Shown here: piece by piece, positions 1 through 15,400 of the stretch
How the letters are laid out: the number at the start of each line of letters is the position of its first letter
How positions within the stretch are numbered: position 1 is the stretch's first letter
NCBI GenBank assembly: GCA_964016885.1
Contig: OZ024741.1
Coordinates: 286,192,001 to 286,256,000 of the forward strand
DNA: 64,000 bases
Direction: 5' to 3'
DNA from: Eledone cirrhosa
Lineage: Eukaryota
Program-made: the position numbers and the translations under genes
Notes under the pieces: generated by a model
Seen by the model: the letters and a program-made list of their open reading frames with translations, nothing else
Databases searched by the model: none
What the model was told of the DNA's origin: nothing

Positions 1-115
1 ATACCTCGAATGCTGGGGAAAAAACTATCGATAATAATAATAATCGAAGAAATTTTACACCATGTGTACCATCCGAGTCTATCTCGACTATTGTGGAAAA
101 TACTATCGATAATGA

Positions 116-241
116 TAATAATTGTTTCTACTTTTGGTACAAGGCCAGCAATTATCACAGTGTATTACTGGTACTTTATTTTATCGACCCCGTAAGGATG
201 AAAGGCAAAGTTAACCTCGGTGGGATTTGAACTCAGACCAT
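116..241 (-). mobile_element. tRNA-derived SINE fragment (dominant family of the window)
   Basis: Reverse complement of GAGTTCAAATCCC..GAGGTTAACTTTGCCTTTCATCCTTACGGGGTCGATAAAATAAAGTACCAG..GGCCTTGTRCCAAAAGTAGAAACAATT, found about 10 times in the window; contains a B-box-like GAGTTCAAATCC. Confidence 0.85.
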
Positions 242-243
242 AA

Positions 244-3200
244 TCAAAAGAATAAACAATTGAAAATTTCCCTCAACGAAATCTTCCAGAGAGAAATTAA
301 TTCATGTATAAATATTTCTCTTGCTAAACGTATTAAAACAACAATATTTAATTTAAAAAAAAAAACAAATAATGAAATATTACGTGTTATTGATGAAATA
401 GGGGATGAATATTTACGACGGATCAAAACTTGAACATTTTGGCAAATCAACGCCTGTTTATATGCCTTTGCAATGACAGTGAAACAGTATCTTGGTGATA
501 GAAGAGATATTAACCAGAACAAAACACCACCAAAAATACCATCATATATAACTAAAATATAAAAAAAGATTGCTGACCTACAAAAAACCATGGGATATGT
601 GACAATGCTCCTTACATGCAAACAAACACAAAAAAACCTCACTCCTCACCAACAAAGAGTGAAAAATGAAATAGAGACGATGTTTGGTAACAGTAGAACT
701 AGAACTCTTCAATGTAAGCTGATCATCCTCAAACAAGAATAGAGAGCTGTTAGTGAAAAACGCCGATACCTGAAGAAGGTAGATGAAAGAAAAGTGCTTA
801 ATAAAAGATTCAGACGAAACCAAACATCAGTCTATAGAGATATGAAGGGCAAAATAATAAGTGTCACTGAGGCCCCATCCCAGAAAGACATAGATTTCTT
901 TTGGGGTGAAAAGAAGAATTTCAACCATGATGCAGTGTGGTTAAAAGAAATCCGAAAGAACTATTGCTCCTACACTACAACAAAAACATACGAAATAAGT
1001 GAGGGTACCCTTGAGACTGTGATAGGAAAACTCCAAGAAGAAAATACCAGCTACTGGTACAAAAAATTGCTATTCGATCGGAGGTATCTTACTGACATCT
1101 AACAACAATTCTTAAGGGAGATACACTTATACCAGAAGGTTTGGCATTAGCACAAACATTACTGGTCCCCAAGAACAAAGACACCCACTTGGCAAAAAAC
1201 TACCAACCCATTGCAACCTATTGATGTATAAGATATATACAGCCTGCCTCAACCTATTCCTCGAAGATCACTGTGAAAATAATAACATCATCACAGATGA
1301 ACAAGCAGCTGGAAAGAAAAGGGTTTGGGGATGTGCTGAACAACTCCTAATCAACAAAACTGCGATGTCGGAGGAGCGACAACTTAGGAGGAATATGGCT
1401 ACAGTCTGGCTGGTCTACAGGAAAGCTTTCTATTCTGTTCCCCATCTTGGATGATAGAGGCCCTGCAACTTGCTAATGTCCCAGACATTATTATCAGAGC
1501 CATAGAGAAGCTGTCTTCTTCTTGGGCTACTATCGTAAGGATAGAGGGAGGACTCTATTTTCGCTGATAAAATAAAATATCGTAGGGGTATGTTTCAGGG
1601 AGACAGTCTCACTGTCATATTATTCATCCTGTCATTAAACCCCTTGTCCTTTCTACATTGGCTCACATGAGAACAGAAATACAAACCTAACCCATAATTT
1701 CTTTGCGGATGATCTGAAACTCTATGCCAACAACATGGATGGGATGAAGAAAAATCTTGACCTGGTTACAACTTTCTCAAAGGATATAGGAATGGAGTTT
1801 AGCCAAGGTAAATGCTCATACATGACTGTAAAGCGGGGAAATCAACAACCCAATCTAGCAACATTGTCATCAATGGCCTAACTGTTTCACCGATATCTGA
1901 TGAGGACTGCTACAGATACCTAGGGATAGTTGAGAACACATCCTATAATGATATCTTGAATGTCGCATCATATCCCTTCGACAACATCTACGAACCTCGA
2001 AGCGTAGGAGCCCGTCTCTCAAGCAAGTCTATCTGCATGAAACAGATAAGATCATGTGAGTTGGTAAGGAACTCCTCGAGAGATATTCCCTGTGTGATAA
2101 TCAAAAACTCACACCCAGGGAAGTCGCTCAGCAGTATCGCAGTGAATCCATGGATGAAAAACTGTATGCTTATCAGCAAATAATCATGCATGGATATGTT
2201 GCCAGGAATCTCCAGAGTGAGAGTAATATAGATAAGGAAAGTAGTCTATCTTGGAGCAACAACCGCTATATTGGCTCCCACTTTGAAGGATACGCTTTTG
2301 CAATCCAGGAACAGGAGATTAGCACGAAATACCTGATTCACAAAAGAGATAGTGATGCAGGCAAAACGCCTAGATATGATAAGAAGTGCAGACTCTGCAG
2401 AATTAACATCGAAGATGTCACCCATGTCATCAGCAGATGTCATCGCGGTACTATCTACCTGTGAGGCATGATGTAGTGGCCAAAACACTGTACAATGCAA
2501 TCCGTAGAAAGGATAAACCCGATAATAAACACATTAAAAGCTACAACAATGTGGAAGACATCCATATATATATAATATGAAAGAGTACTGGTGGAATGTT
2601 CCAGTAAAAACCCCAATAAAATGCAGGCATAACAGACCAGATATTATGATATTGGACAGGGAAAAGAAAGCATGCACGGTAGTGGAAATTAGCTGCCCAG
2701 AAATGCCAATATAATATCAAAGATTAGCGAAAAGGAGAATATTTATGAAGAACTGATGAGAAATCTACAGATACTCCACCCTGATTACACCTTCAGATTT
2801 ATGCCTGTGATTATTGGAGCACTGAGGTATTTTAGTAACTGCCTCAATACAAATCTTGAGAAGCTAGGCTTCACAGGAACAGAAAGAACACAACTAGTTA
2901 GGAAATTACAAGTACAATCCATTAATGGAACAGTAAAAATATGTAAAACATTCCAAACATTTTGCATCTAATAACTGCACATACACATGTACAGATACAA
3001 AGCATATACACATGCACACATACAATAACATCCATATCTACACATGCATACATAATCTACCTAGTTGATGTGTAAATTCCAATCAGAGAGTCTTGTAACT
3101 ATGTTAGAAACCGACTCTTTCTCTCTATTGGTAAACATTTGTGAAATTATAAAACCAGAAGAACATACATACATCTAATACCTGCACATACAGATACAAA

Positions 3201-3420
3201 ACATTTGCACATACGCACATATAACTCAAAATATACACATCCACACATACAATAACATCCATACCTGCACACACATGCATGCATGCAGACATGCATATAT
3301 ATCTACTTAGTTTTATGTGTAAATTCCAATGAGAGAGTCTTGTATCTATGTTAGAAACCGAATCTCTCTCTCTTGGTAAACATTTATAAAATTATAAAAC
3401 CAGAAAAACATACATATATG
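244..3420 (+). mobile_element. Decayed RLE-type non-LTR retrotransposon (R4/Dong-like)
   Basis: Frameshifted RT motifs (EQAAGKK..WGC.EQLLINK, FQGDSL ~1593, FADDLKLY ~1701, YRYLGI), AIQEQEI, CCHC knuckle CRLC..EDVTHVISRC, RHD, RLE NRPDI ~2630; ORF ends at 2971; tandemly duplicated 3'UTR followed by (CATA)n. Confidence 0.85.
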
Positions 3421-5194
3421 CATGCATACATAAATACATACATACATACATACATACATACATACATACATACATACATACATACATACATACATACACA
3501 TATGCATTCATACATGCTAAGATGTCAATTTAATATATGTTGACATATAGATATGCTTCAATTTGTCACTTCATAACAGAAATAGAAAACTTACAAAACC
3601 GTCATGGTCTCTCTACTATATGTCTTCATGTAGAAATAACAGCCAAATCTCTTCCAAATTCCATGCTACCGTCCAAACCACTCGTTGTCTAATGTGGTTA
3701 TCTGTGCAACGTGATTGAGAAATGTACTGGACGTTGACAGCCGGAGTGCCTTTTAGAACTGTGTATGACCGTAGTAAATGATTGATTGGGGTGAGGGTGG
3801 GTGTGCTTCATTGCTTGCAATAGATTCATATAAATTACTAAAACCTGGCTGATTCCACCTTTTAATCCCTCCGAGATCGACAAAAAATAAATAATTCTTA
3901 AATCGGCTTCTTTGTGTGTGTGTATGTATGAATATATGTATGTATGTTCATGTGAGTGTGTTTGTGGGGAGGGGGGGGGGGGGGGGCGAACAAGTCCCCT
4001 CCTCCTCTAGGTCCGTAGTATGCTAATTCCTGACTACTTCAGACTTGTGGTTCATAGAATTCACATAAGAGATTCATTCATACCACCACCACGCTCAACA
4101 CAAACGAACACGACCCCGAATTAAATCGTACGAGTTCACCCGAACTTATCACTGTGACATAACGAGACAGAATAACAAAAATAGCATCTAATTGACAGTC
4201 TCCAGCGTGAAGAACATATAGTTATGTGTGGGCTAACATACTTAGTGTCTTCTGGTCTTCTACTCCTGTAACATATGGCGTTTCTTGGGCATTTAAAAAC
4301 CTCTCGAGGCTTGAGTACAGCAGATTCCTTCCAGAGAATGTTAGAAAGAGAAAGATAGAAAGAGAAAGAAAGAGAGAGGGGGGAGTGAGAAAGCGTTATA
4401 GACTGGTACATTTTATATCTATCATGAATGGGTGAAGGGCAAAGTTGACCTTGGCGGGATTTGAACTCAGACAACAAGAACGAATACAGGAAAACATTCT
4501 ATCCGACGTTCTAACGACTCACCGCCTATGTAAAGAGCCTAGAATAATATTTTCCTTGAAGGTATATTATTGGCGTTATTGACAATTTTTGCCAAGAATT
4601 GCGAAGGAATTAACTCCGTCGTAATTTAAATTGATTACATATTTAATGTACATATTTCTTTCCATTCCAGAGCGATATTGTCAGAATCCAAATTAGAACT
4701 TCATTTCTTGGTTACTTCTCTCACCACACCAAAAGCCCTCACGAACCCACCCAAACACATCAAGGGATAAAACAAACGGAAGAGAACTATTCTCATATTT
4801 ACAATGCATTCTTATCGCTCTTTTATATAATCACCAGCTTTGTTTAGACAAGATTGCAGCTAAGTTAAGCGTAACCGGTGATAGAAAGATATGATTGGCC
4901 TAACGCTCATTTATAATCTAAGCACTCTACAGGCTTGGTCCGCTGCATCACTTCTAACACTGTTGGTAATGTTTTCTTACAACTATTGTTGTTATTGTGG
5001 TTCCTGTTACATTATTCGTGCACATATTAATTTTATTGTTATTTGTTATTATAACTGTCATGGTGTTGTTATAGTTGTTTACTTTGAGTTACATATCCGC
5101 TCAATAGACTTGACTTGTAACCTAGGCGTTACATTTGCCTTTAGTCGGTATGTAGGAAGATTTGACCGAGATGATTTAGAACCGGCTCTTACTA

Positions 5195-5494
5195 CTAAAC
5201 GGATTTAACGGGGGGCAAAGGGGATAATTGCCCCGTTCCCCCTGCATTGGGGGCCTCACCAGTGATAGCCGTAGCAATTTATTTGTGCCCTCGACTGGGA
5301 TTTTTGATTTTAGGATCTTTCAAATTTTTGAATTTAATATCTGTATGTATAACTTTTAAATTCCAGCTACTTGCGCCAAGCTAACTTTAATATGTAAAAT
5401 TGGAGAGTTTGCTGTGTATTCTAACTTTTTTGTGTATGAGGGGCATCCCAAACCTGAAGTTCCCCGGGCCCCTCAATTTCTAAATCCAGCTCTG
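5195..5494. mobile_element. Degenerate hAT-like MITE
   Basis: Right end TAAATCCAGCTCTG with partial left counterpart CGGATTTA; GC-rich subterminal GGGCCC motifs. Confidence 0.35.
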
Positions 5495-5934
5495 CTCATT
5501 CACCATCTCTCCCTTCACTTATAGCTTGTACCACTTTCGTACGTCACTTTTGTAACAGTTATAGGCAACCTTTTTCGAACAGTGAGCCGCATGAGATGTG
5601 ACTCATCATATGATGGGCTGCACTACTAAAAACAATTTTTCCTTGAAGCATACCATTGAGAAAGTCAAACGGGCCGCAGTGTGCCATGACAACTCTAAAA
5701 ATTATAAGCATGATGTTTGCCATTCTAATTCGTAGTTTTAATATTTATGTTTCTTTTCTGTTTTAATCTTCGTGTTTTAATCAGTTTGTCTTTTCCAATG
5801 TTTGTTGCATCTCTTTCACAGACGCGTTGCATAGACTTTTCCAGTGTTGGCTCATAACAAGGAGATTTTCTATAATTAGAGCAGTCTTTCTAAGTTACTA
5901 TTATTGATGTCGTTAGAAGGAAGGGTGCTGACAG

Positions 5935-6570
5935 GTTGGCAGAATTGATAGAGCATCGAATAGTATGATATTGCGGTATTTGTTCTGGCTCTGAATCTGG
6001 TTGGATCTCCTCAAGGTCAATTTGCCTTTCATTTGGCAAAGGATGGTGGATTGACAGTATCGGTAGAGGGTCTGACGCCATGCTTTTCAGCAAAGAGTTA
6101 CGGCCCTTTATGGTCTGAGTTTAAATCCCGCCGAGGTTAACTTTGCCTTTCATCCTTACGGGGTCGATAAAATAAAGTACCAGTAGAACATTGAGATAAT
6201 TGCTGGCCTTGTGCCAAAAGTCGAAACAATTATTTCGAGTTGGATAAAATAACAAACCAGTCATATACTAAGGTCAATATAATCGACTGCCTGTGAGGGT
6301 GGTGGATTGACAGTATCGGTAGAGGGTCGGACGCCATGCTTTGCAGCAAAGAGTTACGGCCCTTTATGGTCTGAGTTCAAATCCCGCCGAGGTTAACTTT
6401 GCCTTTCATCCTCGGGGTCGATAAAATAAAGTACCAGTCACGCACTGGGGTCCATTTAATCGACTTTCCCCTCCCCCCAACATTGCTGGCCTTGTGCCTA
6501 TATAAGAAACCAATATAATCAACTGCCTATACTGCAATATTGCTAGCCTTTTGCTAAAATTAGAAGCCAT
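5935..6570 (+). mobile_element. Nested SINE cluster: two near-complete copies (6045-6233, 6301-6512) inside an older related SINE
   Basis: Heads GGTGGATTGACAGTATCGGTAGAG (A-box-like) and GAGTTYAAATCCCGCC (B-box-like); diverged SINE pieces flank them. Confidence 0.8.
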
Positions 6571-6659
6571 TTGTGTTACTTTTGGAGTAGAATCTGGCGT
6601 CTGTTGGTGTTGTTACTGCTGCTTCTTAATTTCACCCCTGCTGTTGTGGTTGTTGCTGC

Positions 6660-6975
6660 TGATGGTGATGATATATTATTTTCTGGATGACGACTACGAT
6701 AAAGAAATTGATGATGAGGGTGAGGATGAGGATGATGATGATGATGATAATAAATATGGTTTTGGTGGTGTCTCTGCTGTTTATGATAATCTTGATAATG
6801 ATCATCATCATCATTCTAATGTTTAATGTTATTGATTTGTTGTGGATGATGATGGTGATGCTGATCATGGTGGTGGTGATATGTTGATGATGTTGATGAT
6901 GAGGGTGATGATGATGATGATCATCATCATCATAATGATGATGATATCGATGATGATGATGATGATTATGATGGC
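6660..6975. repeat. Degenerate (GAT)n microsatellite
   Basis: Long GAT/GGT runs; source of spurious poly-D/poly-H ORFs. Confidence 0.9.
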
Positions 6976-7254
6976 GTCGTTGATTTTTCATGGAAAAATT
7001 GCGTTCTTTAGAATGATCTGAAGTGTGACGAAGCCTGGAAAAATATCTGGATTATTGACAGTTTTATGTAATTTATATATTCTTTACTTTCAAAAGGAAG
7101 AACAAAACTGATTTCTTTTTATTCTTAATTTTTACAATTCATTCTTAGTGAGATATTTTTACATCACTTCCGAAATATGTGTGAGAAAAGAGAAGAAGAA
7201 ACTACACCTCATATGTTGTTACTCTAATAGTAAACAGCCTATAAATATAACGAG

Positions 7255-7385
7255 TTGTCTCTCTCGATCAGGGACCTGCTTTAATAATTATAACTAAGTT
7301 TTCTCTCGATCAAGGACCTGCTTCAATAATTATAACTAAGTTTTCTCTCGATCAGGGACCTGCTTTAATGAATGTAACTGAGTTG
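7255..7385 (+). repeat. Tandem repeat, ~42-bp unit x3
   Basis: TCTCTCGATCARGGACCTGCTTYAATAATTATAACTAAGTT repeated three times. Confidence 0.85.
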
Positions 7386-7599
7386 TTTCCTGGGTTATTT
7401 AATGGCTAGGCGTTGGGTATTAAATCGGGAGACAAATTTATTCTATTACACAACAACCGCTTCAATCTACAGGCCGAGATTCCATAGTTTTCGTCATCGT
7501 AATTTGGCTCACAAGATTAGGATCAACTTTATGCTTATTTAGAATATTTGCTCAAGAATTTAGACATTTTTACAAAACGACCTCGATTATATGTTGTAT

Positions 7600-8015
7600 C
7601 TACATTTGGACGCCATACTTTGCAGCATAGAGTTATATCCCTTTACGGTCTGACTTCAACTCCCACCAGGTTAGTTTTGTCTCTCATCCTTATGGATGAG
7701 AGACAAATAATTAAAGTACCAGTATTGCACTGGAATAATTGCTGGTCTTGTGCCAAAAGTAGAAACAATTATATTTAACTTAAATATTCTAATATATGTT
7801 GTGTTCAGCATATATGTTGAATCTACAATCGGACGCCATGCATTGCAGCATAGAGTTACGTCCCGTTAAGGTCTGAGTTCAAATACCGCCGAGGTTAGCT
7901 TTGTCTTTCATCCTTACGTGGTCGATAAAATAAAGTACCAGTAATGCACGGGCCTTGTGCCAAAAGTAGAAACAATTATATTTAACATAAATATTCTAAT
8001 ATGTGTTGTGTTCGG
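7600..8015 (+). mobile_element. Two degenerate SINE copies in tandem with duplicated 3' flank
   Basis: GGACGCCAT..GCAGCATAGAGTTA..GTGCCAAAAGTAGAAACAATTATATTTAAC.TAAATATTCTAATAT occurs twice. Confidence 0.75.
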
Positions 8016-8314
8016 CATGAATATTTATGAATTTTAAGTCCCGAAATATAAGAACAAAAGACACAACATCAACAAAAACAAAGATTACCAGTTAACTAAA
8101 TTTTTCGTTACCTTCATCTTATCATCCATTTTGCATTGATTAGCTTTATATCACTTTCCACATTGCATAATGTATTATATACAATGCTTTCAAGCAAACT
8201 ACAACATTTTATTATAAACATTTATATTTGATGAATAAATTGCCAAATATATTTTGAAATGTAATATGAACAAACTCCAGACCACAGAATCACTGGTATT
8301 GCTTTGCAGCCATA

Positions 8315-8734
8315 ATAATTATTTCTAACATTAGCACAAGGTCAGCAATTTGAGAAAAAGTAAAGTCGGTTGTATCGGCCCCAGTATTTACCTGGTATTT
8401 CATCGACTCCGGAAATATGAAAGGCAAAGTTTTCCTCGGAGGATTTGAAATCAAAGCCTAGAAATTCGTATCCGAATGCCACGGAATATTGTGTCTGACA
8501 CTCTCTCGATACGGCCAATCAATTGCTCACTTACACTGACTAATAATTGTTTCTACTTTTGGCACAAGGCCAGCAATAATCTCAGTATGTTACTGGTACT
8601 TTATTTTATCGACCCCCGTAAGAATGAAAGGCAAAGTTAACCTCGACGAGATTTGAACTCAGGCCGTAAAGAGACGTAACTCTATGTTGCGAAGCATGGC
8701 GCTCGTTCCTCTATCGATACTACCAATCCACCGC
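8315..8734 (-). mobile_element. Two adjacent SINEs (older 8315-8525, younger 8541-8734)
   Basis: Reverse-complement SINE cores and heads. Confidence 0.8.
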
Positions 8735-8799
8735 CTTTACTCTGAGTAATAATGAAGACTGGATTATCACACACATACATACACGCACATACACATACA

Positions 8800-9210
8800 T
8801 ATGGTGGCTGCCAACTCGTTTTCGAGTAGGGCCACTACTTTATATCCATGAAGGAGAACCCCTACCGATGCGCTGAACGAGTGTGACTTTTTAGTCCAGC
8901 CAGCGACTTGAAAACTCTGGTACAAACACTACACTTGTGACAATTATTGACACATAGTGCTGGGCCCATGGTACCATGTGACGACAAGTGCAGAGAGATC
9001 TCCAGATATAAAGCAATGCCTGTGCCGTGAAGCTTTTATAGTGAGCACAGGCACTGCACAAAGCCAGTCCCACTCTCTTAACCAAGATGATATTTACTAA
9101 AAAGAAGAACAAGTCAACATCATTGGATACCATAAGGGTTGCAGGTGTTATATCATAGTTTTCCTTCTCCTAGAATTCTGCCTTGACAAAGGCTAAGGGG
9201 TCATCTCTCC
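8800..9210 (-). mobile_element. 5'-truncated copy of the (CATA)n-flanked non-autonomous retroelement at 17772-18382
   Basis: Near-identical to 17772-18183; both sides are CATA-type repeats. Confidence 0.75.
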
Positions 9211-9637
9211 ACATACATATACATACATACACGCACATACACATACATATACATACATACACACATATACACATAGGCACATGTACGCACACACACAAGA
9301 ACGCATATAACCGAGACCGCTGAGTTCGCGGACGATCCTCTACTTTCACTAATATACCCATTCTGCATCTTACCATGTATCGAGTACTTCTCTGATTTGG
9401 GGTCTTTCCGGTCTCAGTACCACAGATTATCATTATATATATATGTATATATATGTATATCTGCCTCTGTCTGTGTGTCAGTGTGTGAGTGCATGTATGT
9501 ATGTAAGATGTAAGTATATATATATATATATATATAAAAATATAGAGTAAGAAGCCAGGACTATCCATCATCAGTGATCTTCTGGCCATCATAGGTATTT
9601 CTTCGCATTAAAGATCATATACCTCAGGCCAGCACGA

Positions 9638-9638
<1 letters not shown>

Positions 9639-9723
<85 letters not shown>

Positions 9724-9739
9724 ATACATATATATATAC

Positions 9740-9799
<60 letters not shown>

Positions 9800-9890
9800 A
9801 CATATATATGTATATATGTATATACACATATGTATATATGTATATACACATATATACATATATATACACATAAATATATCTACATATACA

Positions 9891-9985
<95 letters not shown>
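9639..9985. repeat. (TA)n/(TACA)n + (TG)n microsatellite
   Basis: Directly visible. Confidence 0.95.
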
Positions 9986-9988
<3 letters not shown>

Positions 9989-10232
9989 TGTGCATATAAG
10001 GAACAATTGCATATTGGTATGTGTGTATATGTTTGAATCTCTTTCCAAAGAGAGATTAGTGAATCAACCAACGAACATATCCGTGTGTTCTCTGTCATGT
10101 ATAGCGGAAACTGCAACATAATACTGAATACACACATGTATCCTGCAACATTAATTCTCGACATGAATATATACACTTCAGAAACGACTGACTATGTGCT
10201 TCTGTCGGGACGATTTACAAACACACACACAG

Positions 10233-10306
<74 letters not shown>

Positions 10307-10335
10307 GTGTGTGTGTGTGTATGGATATATATGTA

Positions 10336-10398
<63 letters not shown>

Positions 10399-10607
10399 TA
10401 CATACACTTTTATTAGACAAGTCTTTCATAGATAATGCTGACATCTTCAATATCTTATATGAATATATGTACGATATATCTTACGAATATAATATATATA
10501 TATGTATATATGTGTCTGTGGGCGTTTGTGTGTGTATATTCGTATATTTCAAAAAATCCTTGGGTTAGTAATAATATTATAGCTCTAAGTGGATTACCAA
10601 TAAGTCA

Positions 10608-11110
<503 letters not shown>

Positions 11111-12019
11111 AACAGTGGATGATGTAGTCTTTCTTAGCTGGGAAGCCAACATTAAATAGAATTGATTGTTATTGCTGTTCTATAGATTCCTCACCCATCC
11201 CTTTTGTAAAATACCAGGAAATAACTGTGTAGATGAAAATTATGAAATCAATAAACAAGACAATCGATATATGTTAACCATATGTATATGCGAACTATCT
11301 CAACGTAAACGTCTCCACATTATCCCTTAAAATGCATTAGGAATTGGAGTTCAAAAAGAAATTAAAAAAAATAATAACACATTGATAAATGATTTATGTT
11401 TTTCTGTATGTACGTTCGAACACGCCGATGTCAATTTTTTATTTTGTTGAGACAAAGGGAGAATGGTGTGGTCCCTAAACTATTTTCTGGTCCTCCGAGA
11501 TGAAAGAAAGGAAGGTAGAAGGTTATTATCAAAGTGGACATCAGGTTTTTATTATTGCAATATAGAGAACTATGTGAAAATCACCTAAGGGCCAAATATT
11601 ATTGTTGAAACAAGCTTATGTAATATATTATTAGTATACCAAACGTATGTTTTATACACTTAGTTTTCAGTCTCTGGCGTCATCTATTGCAATTTTATTG
11701 TGATTCTTATTCAAAACCTCTGACCACCAACAGCGCGCTTTTGTAAGTAACTTTCTAGTTGACAATTTCTTTCTCAGTATTTCTTTGAAAAGTATATCAG
11801 ACAGAAACTTTGTAAAAAAGGAAAGATACTTTAATGTTCAGCGTGTGTGGTGGGGAGGGCGGGCTCATGTGTATGGCGATATCACTCAAGAACATGAACA
11901 GATTCTATGGCTGTTTTCCATAGTTTTCCTCTATTAAATTACAATCACAGGACTTTGGTCGATTAGATGCTATATAAAAGGTTATTGGGATTTAACCGGG
12001 AACCTCCTAGGATTATAGG

Positions 12020-12350
12020 CAAATGATCCCTCATCTGAGACGCACACCTGCTGCGACACCTTCTCCGCCTCCAGCTTAGTCGCTTCGGCCACAAACCCCG
12101 GCATTGTAGCCCGCTTCGCAGAAGAACGTAAAATAAACAAATACCGAGGATTGTCCGGTCACTTCCTCTTCGCACCAGTCACCGTCGAGACCTCAGGCGT
12201 ACTTGGACCCCGTACTGCCGAGCTGCTCCGCAAGATCGGAACGTCGGCGGCCCGTTTGAGGAGGGAGCTCCGCGAAGTTGGGTGGCTGTTGCAGCGGGTG
12301 TCACTGGCCATCGTCCAGGGGAATGCTTTTGCCGTCTTATCAGTGGGGCC
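12020..12350 (+). mobile_element. CRE-like non-LTR retrotransposon RLE C-terminal fragment
   Basis: FAPVTVETSGVLGP..LLRKIG..EVGWLLQRVSLAIVQGNA, a typical CRE-clade ORF end. Confidence 0.7.
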
Positions 12351-14268
12351 CAAACCCCAATCACCGTCCCCCTTCACCCTCCCTTCTCTTCTGCGACACC
12401 AGCGTTCTTGTCATCCCATCCCCCTCCCCTTCTTTTTCTTCTTTCTATATTTCCCTGTTCTTTCTTTCCTTTTGTTTCCCCTCTTTTTTATTTTTTCTTA
12501 CTAAATTTTATATGTAAATTGTTGACAGTTTTAAGGTGGATATCTTGTCATAGCTGTAACACCTTAATTTCACACTCTAGGTTTCAACATAACGTATATT
12601 GAATAGAGAAACTGTACATTGCTTTAGCTTTAACTGCCTACATTAGAACTATGTTTTAAATAAAGGCAGTGTGGACATTGAGATCGAAGACATTGAATCT
12701 TTTCAAAGGGTTTAGTTGAATGTATGTATTTATTTATTTATTTATGCATGGATGCATGTTTGTATGGACCTTTGACTCCTATGAGAGTTGTAGTGGCGGA
12801 ATATGCATCCAAACGAGAGGATTTTAAGCATTACATACTTGGTGGAGCCCCTCCTCTCTCCAAGTTTAAAAACAGTTTATTTTATTTAGAGACCAGAATG
12901 GTCATTAACTTGAACACATGCGACGGCTCAAAAATGTCTAAGCTTGTCTACTTTGTCTTGAGTAATAAAAAAAAAATTTATTTTATATATAAACGTTAAT
13001 TTTATCACCATTCAAAAGTGTGTATACAATTTTGGGGAACACCCTTTATTTTCATAGTGATTAAAAGCAAATAATTTTTCCCAAACCTTGATTGAAATTC
13101 GGAAATATTGGCAACTGCTCTTGTATACTTGAGCATATAGATGAAAGCAGTTAGATGAAAGAGACAAGTTTTGTGAGGGCTAAATAACTTGGTTTCGGAC
13201 AATGTGTATTACTGTTAGTAGATTACAAAATGTTAAGTGTTCATTTGACAGACCGACTTTCTATCATTTCACTCAGCCATAGAGACATGGAAATGGATCT
13301 ACATCGGTTTCGATGACGTGTGTTCCAGTTTTACGATTAATGGAACAGCCTGTGTAAGTGACTGAGCATTCCCCAGACATGTGTACCCTGAGCGTAATTC
13401 TCAGGGAGAATCAGCTAAATGCAATGTATGACAAGGGTTGTCCTTTGAATTACAATCACAGTCCATCAAATAGGCTTCCAAACACTTACCGTTTACACAG
13501 ATTCACTCACATGGGTCGAACTGAGGCTATAGTAAATGACACTTGCCCAAGATTCCGCACATATGGATTGAACACGAGATTGTGAAGTAATCTCCCTAAC
13601 CCTTCTGCTCAAACAATATATTCACTCAAACAACATATTACAGATTACTTATATTTCATATATCATGGTTTAATATATCATAACGTAATATAACGTATAC
13701 TATAACCATAACACAGTTTACTGGCTTCAGTGAAATATCCTGTGCTATCCACATTAAACCGTGATATCATTCCACGCTTCACTAACATAATAGCAATCAA
13801 CAATTCATGATTGCCAAAGCTCTAGAAACTTCAAACAGCATATTTAACCCCGACCAGCAAATGATGTGATTAAGTATGGCACTAGGCCAAAACACACCAG
13901 AATACACCATAGTAAAGTAGACAGTTTAAAAATTTCCAAAGGTTAAATTTCATTTCTCATTTGTTATCTACTAAATACCGTATCAAACGTAATATTTTCA
14001 AAGTATATTTTGAATGAGCGCGAGATTGATTGATTATAATTGTTAGATAATTGTTTTATTATAGAATATCATTTTCAACATTCTAGTTTTAGCGTATGGT
14101 GAACCATAAAAACATGAATGGTATCAATCACTTTCTTTCAATTATTGATGTCCAGCTGATACTGGGTTTAATTTTCTTTTAAGAAATATTGAAATGCGAG
14201 TAGGTAATTTCGTACATTGTTCAATGTGGTAACAGCAGTAACTAAGTAAAGAAAGTGATATATACATA

Positions 14269-15400
14269 TACCGGGTGTAACAGCAAAATTGTCACGCTCA
14301 CAAATTCTTAAAACTACTTAAATCCAATTAACTAATCGATTTGCAAGTTTTCATGTTTCCAGATTTTGCAAGAATCAGTGAAACACCTAAAGAGATATTT
14401 AGCTAGAAAGAGAACAGGCTGAAATCGTTTTGTGCCACCATGTCTTCACAACTGAGCAATGTTGAGCGGCTAAGATCATCTAGGCTTTCAGTAATAGTAT
14501 CAACATTCATTCTCTGGCTTTCATCTTCAAAGTCCATTCAAGAACCATCAAGAGAATTGTGTATAAGTTTGACAAAAAGAGAATAGTGGAGCGGACAATT
14601 GGATCAGGAGGTCATAACCATAAGAGGGATCACCATTTCAATTGGGAGCTGGAGAGATCAATAAGAAGAGATCCAACTCAATCCATAAGACGCTTGGCAC
14701 GTGAGGATGGAGTTTCAGCTATGACAGTTCAAAGAGCAATGACAGAAGACTTGAAAATGAAATCGTACGGTAAACCTGTGAGGCACCTTGATATTCCAGG
14801 ACAAAAGGTTAGAAGGTTGAAGTGGTCAGAGATTATCTTGAACAAAGCGAAACATAATCCTGGATTATGAGAAGAATTTCACCCAAGATATGCACACAAA
14901 CAGACGCAACAGCCGCGTTCTGGTTTCAGATCATCACAAGAGAGAAAAAGATGCCATTTTCAGTTGCAAAAACTCTGCCAAATTGATTATTTTGGCCTGC
15001 GTGGCCTCTGATGGGTAGAAGATGCCATTAATCATGTTTGAGAAGGCTGAGAGTCTGACAGGAGTTTGTTATGTTCAAGTTTTGAAAGATGTAAAGAGCT
15101 GGATGCTTTCTGAATATCCTGAAGCAAGAGTCAAGGGAAACTCCAACAAGATCGCTAAGTTTACATTCCAGCAAAACGGAGCTATGTGTCACATAAGCAC
15201 AGTGGTTCAAAGATTTCTTAGGGATGAGTTTGGGAAGAGGTTTGGGGATAAGAACATTTGACTCCCCTTCATCACCTGATTTGAACCCATTAGACATCAG
15301 CATCTGGAATTAACTGGTTAGAAAAGCTTGTCAGAAACCCCAGAGTAATCTGCAATCCTTCAAAATCCCCATCATTAGAACATGGGAGGAAGATATGTTG
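14269..15400 (+). mobile_element. Tc1/mariner (DD37D maT-like) transposase pseudogene
   Basis: Left TIR-like TACCGGGTG; HTH GSGGHN..DPTQSIRRLAREDGVS..TV..DLKMKSY; FQQNGAMCH; PSSPDLNPLD at ~15265-15297; stops and frameshifts; right TIR not found. Confidence 0.8.

Noticed and set aside
3075-3365. Possible hammerhead in the duplicated R4-like 3'UTR
   Set aside because: No CUGANGA core or convincing stems
6045-6135. tRNA gene
   Set aside because: SINE head with A/B boxes but no clear cloverleaf; continues into the SINE body
6551-6991. Poly-Asp/His/Met ORFs
   Set aside because: Degenerate (GAT)n tract with no domain or splice evidence
7255-7385. CRISPR-like repeat
   Set aside because: Plain tandem repeat without spacers; eukaryotic context
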